Assembly: GCF_006345805.1 (NCBI RefSeq) | Contig: NC_043003.1 | Location: 102,300,001-102,364,000 of the forward strand | DNA length: 64,000 nucleotides | Direction: 5' to 3' | Source of the DNA: Octopus sinensis | Lineage: Eukaryota | Part shown: in pieces, positions 52,789-64,000 of the stretch | Numbering within the stretch: the stretch's first letter is position 1 | How the letters are laid out: each line of letters begins with the position of its first letter | Translations under genes and position numbers: made by a program | Notes under the pieces: generated by a model | Told to the model about the DNA's origin: nothing | Database searches by the model: none | What the model saw: the letters and a program-made list of their open reading frames with translations, nothing else

Positions 52789-53734
52789 TGTATGAATATT
52801 CATATGTGTGTATGTATATACATGTATGCAATATCAGCATAATAAATAAATTAAAGTCGTTAAATGTTGCTTAAACAGCTGCTGCAAGTTGAGCTTGGTT
52901 GGTCAGATAGTGTGCATATTTTGAATGATAGCACAGTATATAGACACCAGCTACATAGACAATGCATATATAGTAGTAGCATATGTATAGTCAGTAAATG
53001 CCAACTATAGTATCATTGTTTCTACTGATAAGAGAGGTATAGTACATGGATGCTGCGCAGACACATACAACATGCAAATCAAAAAGAACCATGAGGAATG
53101 TGTGTGGTTAAAAAAACGTTTGCTTTGTAGTCACATGCTCTTGCATTTGAGGTGTCACACAGTGGCACCTTTAGCACCTTCAGCAAGAAATTTCTACTTC
53201 TAATAGCCTCACGTTGACCAATACATTGTGAGTGGAATTTGGTAGACAAAATACTGCACAGACCATGCCAAAATAGACAGCCAGCCTGAACAGCCCTTCA
53301 TCTAGTCAAACCATCCTGTCAAACCATCAACCCCATGCCAGCATGGAAGACGGATGTTGAATGGTGATGACGATGATGAAGCACACACATACACGTACAC
53401 AATGTGTATAAGTACACATACATACACAGGTGCAGGAATGGCTGTGTGGTTAAGATGCTTGCTACCCAACCATCGGTTATGATGACAAGTGTTCCATTTG
53501 ATCAGATCAGCAGAACAGCCTGCGAATGAAATTAATGAGCAAGTGGCTGAATCCTTTAAATGATGTTAAATGATGATGATGATATATATTTGGAGGGGGA
53601 TTTTCTAGATGCAATCTCATGGTCAGTCATTACCAAAAGGTGTTTTTACCCTTTTTTATTACCTTTATATATATATATATATATATATATACAATATATA
53701 TATATATGTATGTATGTATGTATATATATATATA

Positions 53735-54298
53735 CACTACCGTCAGAAATTAATTAGAACCCTTGATTTGCTCACCATGAAGCATGGTGGGGGTGGTCTG
53801 ATGGTGTGAGGGGCGTTCAGCTACAGTGGTGTTGGGCGGCTCTATGCCGTCGAAGGCAACATCAATGCAGCAAAGTACGTTGAGATAGTACGGGATACCT
53901 CTTTGGTGGCGAGGAGTACGTGCTGGCCAGTCACCTGACCTGAACCCTATTGAGAACCTCTGGAGTCGATTGGGTAGGGATTTGAATGTGCAGCAATACA
54001 GGAACCGACACGAGCTGTTTGGGGCACTTCTTGCTGCATGAGGGGCCATCCCTGCACAGTACCTGCAGGCACTCATAGACAGCATGCCGACCCGCGTAGC
54101 AGCTGTCATTGCTGCCAAAGGAGGAGCAACAAGATATTGACTAAATTTCACGATTAATAACAATTATGTGGTGTGCTGGGATATGTTTTAATAAATTTTT
54201 GATTAAAAACGAGTTCGTTTCTGATAATAAGTTAATTAAATTAAGAAAATGTAAGAAAATGTAGAAATTTGAGAAGTGCTAATTAATTTCCGACGCAA

Positions 54299-54301
<3 letters not shown>
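53735..54301 (+). mobile_element. Internally deleted Tc1 (DD34E) element
   Basis: TA-CACTACCGTCAGAAATTAATTAG...CTAATTAATTTCCGACGCAAGTG-TA; remnants MKHGGGGLMV, QSPDLNPIENLW and SMPTRVAAVIAAKGGATRY. Confidence 0.9.
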
Positions 54302-54346
<45 letters not shown>

Positions 54347-54567
54347 GTATATTGCTTTAAAATCTTGGCACAAGGCCAGCAATTTTGGAGGAAAGGCTAA
54401 ATTGATTAAATGAACCCCAGTGCTTGAGTGGCACTTATTTTTCCAACCCCGAAAGGATCAAAGGCAAAGTCAATCCCAATGGCATTTGAACCCAGATGGT
54501 AAAGACAGCTGAAATGATGCTAAGCATTTTGCCTGGCATACTAACAAATCTGCCAGCTTGCTATCTA

Positions 54568-55967
54568 CCAGGTCATCCCATAAGTTCTGTCTGAATTTTG
54601 AATAATGAAAACAAGTGATCAAATATTATATTTAATTGAAATTTGATCAATGTACTTTCCATGTTTATCTATGACTTCCTTCCATCTATTTGCAAGCTTT
54701 TTAATCCCATCAATGTAAATCGCTTTTGGTTTCAAAGTGAAGAACTCTGAAATGTCAGTTTTGACCTCCTCCTGGCTTGCGAAAGTTATGTCTTCCCAAA
54801 TGATTCTGTAAACTACGAAACAAATGGTAGTCTGAAGGAGCAAGGTCGGGAGAATAAGGTGGATGAGGAACTTTTTCCCAACCAAGCTCTTCGATCTTCT
54901 GTGATGGGATCTTTGCAGTGTGGGGTCATGCATTGTCTTGATAAAACATCACTCCTTTTCAATTCATTAAAGCGGGTCTTTTTTTCTTCAAAGCTTGGTT
55001 CAAACGCTCTAATTGCTGACAGTTGACTTGAGCATTGATTGTTGCATTAGGTGGTAACAATTCAAAGTGAATTACTCCTTTGCAATCCCACTAGACAGAG
55101 AGAAGAACCTTTTTTCCATGAAGTCCCTTCTCGGTTGTGGTTGAGCTTTTTCCTTTTTACCAAGCCACTGTTTATGATGTTTAACATTTCGACAGAAGAT
55201 CCATTTTTTGTCACCAGTCACAAGTCTATCCAAAAAGGGTGAGATGAGTTTGTGAGAATGGAGAGAAAAGCAGATGTCAACTCAGGATTTGCAGTTGCTT
55301 TCAGTCAATTCATGTGGCACCCATTTTCCAAGTTTAGGAACCTTTCCAAGTTGTTGAAGATGATGATGAACAGTTGTATGGTTTGAACTAAACTTTATTG
55401 CCAATTCTTCAATTGATAATGCAGGATTTTCTTCAAGTAATGCCTCAAGGAGCTTATCATCAAACTCAACTGGACGTAATGTTTGATCTTCATCTTCAAG
55501 GCTGAAATCTCCACTTCTGAATTTTGCAAACCATTCTTTCCCATAAACTGAGTGTATGTTTCAAGTTGCTTCAGCTGCAGAGTTTCCTTTTTTGTACTCA
55601 TAAAGCATTATGTGCTGCAAATGCTCTTTGGATACTTCCATGTTAGAAAGGGCTTTAATCAAAGAAATTTTAATTTTATTATTCTGTAAAATAATATTTA
55701 ATTACATTATTTACATTTGACAGATATTTGTCCTTGTTTGTTGTTAACAACAAACAAGATGAGGACAAATATCTGTCCAATGTAAATTATGTAAATAATG
55801 TACATAATTCCTCATCTCTTAAATATAGAACTGTAATATTTAATTAGTTTAAATGTACACAAATGCATAAAAATAATTCTTAATTCCCTTAGACATTCTA
55901 AAATACTATTAAATTTTATTCAATTTTAAAAGAGGTAAAATCGGACAGAACTTATGGGATGACCTGA
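54568..55967 (-). mobile_element. Full-length mariner (DD34D), pseudogenised, with a nested hairpin insertion at ~55700-55835
   Basis: TIRs (C/T)CAGGTCATCCCATAAGTTCTGTC flanked by TA. Minus-strand remnants WFAKFRSGDFSLED, LGKWVPHEL, LVTGDKKW, SVWWDCKGVIHFELL and HPPYSPDLAPSDYHLF. Confidence 0.92.
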
Positions 55968-56350
55968 TATATATGCAGGTATATTGATGTGGGTGCGTAT
56001 GTACATGTGTGTATCTGTCTGTGGGCGTTTATGTCTTTTTATGTCAAACAGCACTGCTGGTTTAAAGAAAATAAGTGTTATCATAAAAAGGGGACTTAGC
56101 CAGTCAATAAATACAGATTGATAAAGTAAATAGCAAACTGAGATAATTACTGGAGTCAGTTTGATTAGGTAAAGCCTTTAAAGGTAAGTGTCCCAGAGTG
56201 GTCATACTCTAATGATGAAAACCAGTAAAAAAAGGATTAACCACATACAGAAAGTAGTTGTAATAATGTGATGTACAGTATTTAGAAAAATGAAGAAAAT
56301 GTTGCCAGATAATTAAATATATTTGCATGAATTGTTGGAAAAGTAAATTT

Positions 56351-56500
56351 CACACTCACTGGTAAAATTCCCACTTTTTTCTTATTTTTATTGTCCTAAA
56401 ATTTTTGTTGCATCTTGCAACCTTTTCAATAGTTTTGACTCAAAACAAATTTTAGGACAATAAAAATAAGAAAAAAGTGGAAATTTTACCGGTGAGTGTG
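56351..56500. mobile_element. Tc1-like MITE, ~55-nt TIRs
   Basis: CACACTCACTGGTAAAATTCCCACTTTTTTCTTATTTTTATTGTCCTAAAATTT versus AAATTTTAGGACAATAAAAATAAGAAAAAAGTGGAAATTTTACCGGTGAGTGTG. Confidence 0.8.
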
Positions 56501-56890
56501 TTAAATAATAAGGCACAAAAAGAAAATGACTCTCCAATAATTTCATTATTATTAAAACAGAATATGCTTCAACACACGAACTCATATAAAGAATCTTGCA
56601 AACCAAATCCAAAAACGAAATAAATTTCACAGCTACTAAGGATAATACCAACCACTAAATTAACAAAATGAAATCTCTATTTTTTCAATATAACTCATTG
56701 AATCATATGTATCTAGCCAGAAGAAATGCTAATAACAACAACCACAACAGCAACAACAAAAACAATATAAATAGTGGATTAAGCAGTGAAAACCTTGACA
56801 TGTGTAATGAATCAGAGCACAAGTGCAAATAAATACTAAGAGACCTTTATGAAACTTATATGCTTGTTAATGGCTTAACTGGTTGTTATA

Positions 56891-56962
<72 letters not shown>

Positions 56963-57682
56963 CTATCTATCTATCTACCTGTCTGTCTGTCTGTCTATAT
57001 ACATACATATATATATATGTATACACACACACACACACATATATATCATATATATATATATTGCCTTAGTCAACTGGTTCTGTATCAGTGGATTCATTAA
57101 AGCTGCAATCAGCGAAGTTTGCTAGTCATAGTAGTGGGGTGGACAGTGAGATATTTATAACCTATTGACAGATTTTTCATTCGTACCCACCTACCCCTCA
57201 CTTTCTTAGCAACAACTCCAATGACATTTTACCTGCTGGCTGCCATAATTTTTGAACTCCAACAGGTACTTGATGCACAAATTGCACATTTAGTTTATCT
57301 CTTTTTACAGAAAATTCAACTAACACTACTGCAACCTCCTTCTCCTCCTCCTCCTCCTCCTCATCATCATCATCATCATCATCATCTACTAGTGCTGCTG
57401 CTGATATTACTGCTACCACATCACTACCACTACTACCACCATGAATAATAATATTTCTTATTTTGGCGTAAGGCCATCAATTTAGAGGTGGGGGAAGTCG
57501 ATTACACCAACCCCAGCACTTGACTGCCACTTTATTTTATCATTCCTAGAATTGACCTTGGTGATCTGAGGTCAATATGATTGATTTCAAGGCAATGCCT
57601 TAGAATGGCTGCAGTTGAAGGACTGAAACATGCAAAAGAATATACTAAAAGAAAAGAATATATATGTATACATAACAATCAC

Positions 57683-57840
57683 CTCGTAGAGCTTTCATAT
57701 GTTGCACAGCCATTCGCAACACTGTCAGTTTGTCTAGTTTTCTGTTCATAGCATTGCACATGGGAATCATAGCTGATAGTTCTGTTATATAGGAATTCAT
57801 TTTATCACGGCGACGTTTTTCAATTTCACTGTGGTTTTGC
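57683..57840 (-). CDS. BMAL1: BMAL1/cycle exon: bHLH domain
   Basis: Acceptor tttcaatatttcag|G; encodes (R)[53 protein letters not shown]; donor GAG|gtgatt; 158 nt (1+156+1). Confidence 0.97.
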
Positions 57841-58790
57841 CTGAAATATTGAAAGTGTAAAAATAAATTTTAAAATTGAAAGATTTAATTTTATTTCATA
57901 AATTGTTTTTATTTTAAATGAACACTTCTTATTTGAGAGGAAGGAAATGAAAATTTAAAATACATTAGGAAAATACAATGATGGCAACTTTAACTTGATT
58001 TGATCCTATAAATAAAAGTTCTCAAGTCAGTTTAAATATCAAAACACTGAGTCTTGAAAAGCAACAATTGCTACAGTAATGTCTACAACCACAAATAAAA
58101 ACCATTTCTACAAACCCACTGAAAGACCACATCAGAATCTTTAACTCTTTTAGCATATCCAGCCAAAATGTCTTATGTTCAGACTGGCCAGATGGGGCCT
58201 CTCACACCAATCCAACAACATCATTCTAAAGAGTAACAGTGGCCTCATCCAAATCTCAGAGCTACAAGATAATGCCTGATTCCTTCAAATGTTGGGCCTC
58301 ACAGAGGTGACAACAAGTGACCCAGACCAAGCCAAGTGAAACCATAGTCGTGGCCATTGCTAGTGGGATGTAAATGGCACCTGTGAAATCTAGTTGTGGC
58401 TGTTATCAGTGTCATATAAATAGCACCCATGCCAGTGGCACGTAAACATCACCCATTACACTCTTGCAGTTTAAGCTGGAGTTTAGGCAGCATGTCAACC
58501 TGAGCAATAATGGTGTGTGCCTAATGAATGACATCATCAGTCATAATAGTGGTTTCTAATTTTGGCACAAGGCCAGCAGTTTTGGGGAGGAGATAAGTTG
58601 ATTACATCAACATCAGTGTTCAACTGGTACTTAATTAATTTAAACTCAGAGTATAAAGCCAGTACCTCAGTTTTCAAACAACTCTGATCATGAATGACTT
58701 CTGCTTTATCTCCATCTCCTGTCTTTCTCATATTCATTTAATACAGTAGTACTTTGGTTTACGAACACCTCTGATCATGAATAAATTGTG

Positions 58791-58847
<57 letters not shown>

Positions 58848-58856
58848 TAGATAGAT

Positions 58857-58889
<33 letters not shown>

Positions 58890-58891
58890 TG

Positions 58892-58933
<42 letters not shown>

Positions 58934-58934
58934 T

Positions 58935-58979
<45 letters not shown>

Positions 58980-59029
58980 TGTATATATATATATATATAT
59001 ATATACATATATGTATATATATATACACA

Positions 59030-59830
59030 TACAAAGGGTAACCCAAAAGAAGCCGGAATTTTGTAATATTATTTTATTCACTTAGTCTACACTTTTATTG
59101 CTTTCAAAGTATTCTCCATTTGAAGCAATGCATCAGTCCAGGTGCATTTTCCACAATTTGAAACAGTGCTGGAACTCTTGCAAAGTGATGCCTTTTAATG
59201 CCTCCATTGTTTTTTCCTTCACCTCTTCCACATCAGCAAATTCCATAGCACCAGCTTTTGTCACCAGTGACGACCTTTGAAAAAACGTTCAGATCAACTT
59301 CCAATTGTTCTTTCAGTTCATGACAGGCATTCAGTCGTGACTGCTTTTGATCTTCCGTGAGCAAATGAGGCACAAATTTTGCTCCAACTCTGCGTTCGCA
59401 ATTCCTCACTCAAAATTCGTTGACAGGAGCTCCAGGAAAGACCAGTCATCAATTGTTTGGTGATGGTCCTCTAAATTCAATTCATGAATTTTCATATTTT
59501 CAATTTATTTGGGAGGCTGATAGTAGTCCTCATTGAAGCTGGTCTTCAAGTGACAAGTGACCATTCCTAAAGTATGGAAACCACTTTTAAACTTGTGTTT
59601 TGCACATGGTAACAGCCTTGTACACTGATTAAAGATTGAGAAGTATATTGGTTGCCCTTTTTCCAAGCTGAAAATGGAATTTCATAAAAGCAAGCTGTGC
59701 CTTAATTTCATCCATCGCAAAAATCAGTGCACTTCAAAACAAAGAGACATCACATGACAGTATGATTCTAGTTGATGGCGCCAGTTAGCAGACAGATGCT
59801 CAAAGGTTGCATCAAATGGGTTTTAGCAGT
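59030..59830 (-). mobile_element. Internally deleted mariner remnant
   Basis: Minus-strand remnants of the C-terminus (FADVEEVKEKTMEALKGITLQEFQHCFK...CIASNGEYFE) and N-terminal HTH (KFHFQLGK...KWF..FRNGHLSLED); TIR-like TACAAAGGGTAACCCAAAAG. Confidence 0.75.
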
Positions 59831-61782
59831 GGAAGCCTGAACTACAATGGGTTTGTCCCACCAAGAACGTTTCTGGTTACTTTTGTATACCACCTTGTAT
59901 ATATATATGTGTGTATGTGTATATATATATTTATATATGTATATACATATATATGTGTATATATATATATAATCATCATCATCATCATCATCATCGTTTA
60001 ACATCCGCTTTCCATGCTAGCATGGGTTGGACGATTTGACTGAGAACTAGTGACCCAGGTTGCTGTACCAGGCTCCAATCTTGATCTGGCAGAGTTTCTA
60101 CAGCTAGATGTCCTTCCTAGCACCAAAGACTAGATGGCTGGTTGTCTTTTCTGACACAAACCACCTTATAGAGTGGACTGAGTGCTTTTTATGTGGCACC
60201 AACAGTGGTGAGGTCTGTTTGGCATGGTTTTCACAACTGGATACCTTTCCAAACACTTTACTGTGTGGACTAACATATATATATATATATATATATATAT
60301 TTGTATATCTACACTTCATGTATATTCTATATCAAAGAGTAACGAATTTGTTATATATGTGGATGTAAAAAAATTTGTCATTGAAACTGGGGATTTGTGT
60401 ATATAGTTTCAAGCTACCATAAGTGGACATAAAAATGTAGGTTCGTTAGTATATATACTTAGATACTTATGTGAAACGACTTTGTCATTTTAATTTTACA
60501 GCTACACTATGCACACATATGTGCACATGCATGCAAACATGCATATCTAGATAATTAGACGGATACTGTCGATGAATCCAGATGCAGAACTGTAGCAATC
60601 ATTAAGTAATAATTATTGACATCACAACTATATAAATGAATACTTGAGCTGATTGGGATACCAAATACACCCTCTCATCACTGTGTGTGTGTACGCATGC
60701 GTATATATGTACATATGTGTACACATACACACACACACATATCAATAAATAAATGTATATATAAATGTACATATATATGTTTATATGTATGCATGTATGT
60801 ATGTATGTATGTATGTATGTATGTATGTATGTATGTATGTATGTATGTTTGTATGTATGTATGTATGTATGTATCCACTACCTCATCCAGTGTGGCCTAC
60901 ACTTTATAATAACTCCACTGCTATTATTACTATCCTCATTGTTATCCCTGCAAGCGCTATCACAACTCCACCATTATAATACCCCACCAGCATCAGCATC
61001 ACTACCACCATCATGACAATTACTATTGCCATGTCACCACCATCTCTACAAGCACTACCACCTCTTGTAGCGCCAATATCCCCATAAATGCCATCATAAT
61101 TCTGCTGCCATCATCTTAACAATGACAACATCCTTAAAACTTCCACATTTCATCATAATACCAGAGAAAGATAAATAATAAAAAATATACAAATGGAAAA
61201 AAGATAAACAAAATGCTTAATCAAATTTGTTTCAATCAGTTTAAGTGTAAATTGAATTCTGTTATGATTTATTTCTTGTAAAAAAAATGGTATTTTTGTT
61301 ACATAAAAATATTTATGGTTTTTTCAGTTTTTTAGGTCCTTTTCACCGTTCTTTCTCCATTTCTTTTCTTACTTTCTCTCTCTCCTTATCTCCCTTTCTT
61401 CAGTTCTTTCTCCCTCCCTCACTCTACCTGTTTGCCTGCCTATCTCTATTTTGCTGTCTGTCACCCGAATGAATAAATAAAAGTATAGATATGTGAGAAA
61501 CTCAGAGTAGTTAAGTTGCAAGAAAGTGGATCATCAGCTTCAAACAAAGAAATAAACTATATTATATGTACCAATTACCATTTTTTTGTTTATGTACCAG
61601 TGTGCATGTGTACAAAGACACACACACGTATGTATATACATGCACACATGTGTATGTGTGTGTGTGTGTGTGTTTATATATATCTATCTGTCTGTTTGTC
61701 TGTCTGTCTTTCTCTTTCTGGTTTGCCAGTCCTCAGTCAAATCATCCAACCCATGCTAGCATGGAAAGCGGATGTTAAAGAA

Positions 61783-61838
<56 letters not shown>

Positions 61839-62145
61839 CTGCTAGCATTTCCTGTCAATAAGTTGTCCTCTAGCTTTGGTCTTTCGAATTCCTCTGGAAT
61901 AGAAGAACTCTCCCTTTCTTGCAAAAGAGAAAGGGCTTGATGTAATTGACTTATATCCTTCCCTAAAATTGCTGACATTTGAAACCAATATACAAACATA
62001 CACACACATAAACAAACACACACATGCACACACACAAGCACACACACATACACACACACACACACACAAAATAAACTGAGAGATAGATAGAAATAGGAAT
62101 AGGGAAAGAGAGAGGAAGAGAAATAGATAGATAGTAGATAAATAT

Positions 62146-62190
<45 letters not shown>

Positions 62191-62225
62191 TTTATAAATA
62201 TACATAATATAAATGATATATATAT

Positions 62226-62259
<34 letters not shown>

Positions 62260-62279
62260 AATATTTATAAATATACATA

Positions 62280-63460
62280 ATATAAATGATATATATATGC
62301 ATACATACACACATATATGTACATACTTACATATATATGTATATACATAAGCATGTGTGGGCAAAGGACATCACAGAACATAAACAACAAAAAATCCGAA
62401 AATATGGAATATGAATACATGGAATATGAACTTTTTTGTGAACAATGAAGGAAACAAATGGAAAACAAGTAATGCAATATGAAGAACGACCCTTCATCAG
62501 TTGTCGACTGTTTTTTTAATCTGTATTTCGAGTATTTCACAACAAGATATGTCTTCGATAAAACAGTTCTTCCATGAAGCAAATTAAATAAAATTTGGGA
62601 TTTTGTGGAGGTTCAGAATTGGTAACAAAAACAGGACAGTGAAAACAAACAGGAAGGGCTGTTAAGTCTAAACAAAGTGAGGTAGTGAACGCAAAGAAGC
62701 AAGCTTGGACAGGAGACAGATAGGAATATGTCTGAATCGTCCAGCTGTGTCAGGAGGAAAGAAAGAAACACAAGTTAGGGAAAGAAAGAAATATGGCTGA
62801 TGGTCACGTGTTTGCAGGAGTCTTGTAGTCTTCCTTTCTCTAATTTTTTCTCTCCCCTTTATCATTCTCTTTCTGTCACTCTCTCTCCCTCACTCTTCCT
62901 CCTTTGCTCTCTCTCGTGGCTCCCACATGACCATCGACTATCTTTCTTTCTTTCCCTAACTTGTGTTTCTTTCTTTCCTCCTTATACAGCTGGACGAATC
63001 AGTCGTATTTTTGTCTGTCTCCTGTTCAAGCTTGCTTCTTCACATTCCCTACTCACTCCGTTTAGGTTTAGCAGCCCTTCCTGTTTGTTTTCACTGTCCT
63101 GTTTTTGTTACTAATTTTGACCATCCACAAAATCCCAAATTTTATTTAATTTGCTCTCTGGGAGCAACTGTTTTATCGAAGGTGCATCTTGTCGTAAAAT
63201 GCTCGAAATATGGATTAGAAAAACAATTGACAACTGATGAAGGGTCGTTCTTTATGTTGTGTGTCTTGTTTTCCCTTTGTTTCCTTTGTTGTTTGCAAAA
63301 AAGTTCTTATCCTATGTATTTGTAGTCCATATTTTCGTATTTTTTGTTGTTTACATTCTGTGATGTCTTGTGCTCACATATGCGTATGTATATACGTATA
63401 TATGTAAGTATGTACATATACAGATGTATATATGCATATATATATAAATTATTTATATTA
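62280..63460. repeat. Large imperfect inverted repeat, ~530-nt arms with 113-nt loop
   Basis: Arms 62280-62810 and 62924-63460 are recognisably complementary along their length; they give the mirror ORFs 62265(-) and 62963(+). Confidence 0.9.
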
Positions 63461-63649
63461 TTACATGATTGAATGCCATGCATCCATTTCCAAGTAAGTT
63501 TTATCTATATATACATATGCATATATAGATGTATGTATGTGTATATATCTATATCTATCTATCTGTCTATACACACACACAGAGATATGTACATATGCAT
63601 ATATATATAAATATGTATGTATATATTTATATTCATATATCTATATCTA

Positions 63650-63723
<74 letters not shown>

Positions 63724-63894
63724 AATCAATCTTGGTGGAATATATTATTTTTATAATTGATATTGCTGGACTTGAAAATGCTAGCAGGAGTCTTGTAGTC
63801 TTCCATTTTCCCTTTCCTTTACTCTCTTAGTCATTCCATCATTTTAATAATACCTTTCAAACATGTTGGTATATATATATATATATTATATATA

Positions 63895-63925
<31 letters not shown>

Positions 63926-64000
63926 ATATATTATATATATATATAAAACTGCCACTAAATATCCACAGTAAACACTAAATATTTATAATGAAAGAAAAAT

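Noticed and set aside
57198-57419. KRDKLNVQF segment resembling a second bHLH basic region
   Set aside because: Chance similarity beside a microsatellite; the real bHLH exon is at 57683-57840.
63205-63245. CTGATGA (63234) with GAAA 29 nt upstream in the large inverted repeat
   Set aside because: Could not build stems I and III or a cleavage triplet in any topology.

Overview
Eukaryotic, AT-rich, microsatellite-dense genomic DNA. The SINE families and repeat landscape suggest an octopod cephalopod (inference, not verified). The window lies within one large minus-strand gene, the circadian bHLH-PAS factor BMAL1/cycle (ARNTL-like). Seven internal coding exons (57683-57840, 44714-44793, 19246-19338, 16464-16581, 14978-15154, 13615-13870, 6592-6698; 989 nt) have canonical GT-AG ends and join in one continuous frame from the bHLH through PAS-A into PAS-B. 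The N-terminal and C-terminal exons were not found and probably lie outside the window. The introns are filled with decayed mobile elements: tRNA-derived SINEs, RTE-, R4/Dong- and CR1/L2-like LINE remnants, mariner/Tc1/maT transposons, hAT and pogo MITEs, a HINE-like element and Penelope-like remnants. The main hidden signal is a set of minimal type-I hammerhead ribozyme motifs of the kind associated with Penelope-like retroelements. Most sit in fold-back hairpins and several read on the Bmal1 sense strand. One has a G3:C8 swap of the C3:G8 core pair in both arms of its hairpin, and one is a solo copy with an intact core. Almost all entries in the ORF track are translations of microsatellites or dead transposons.
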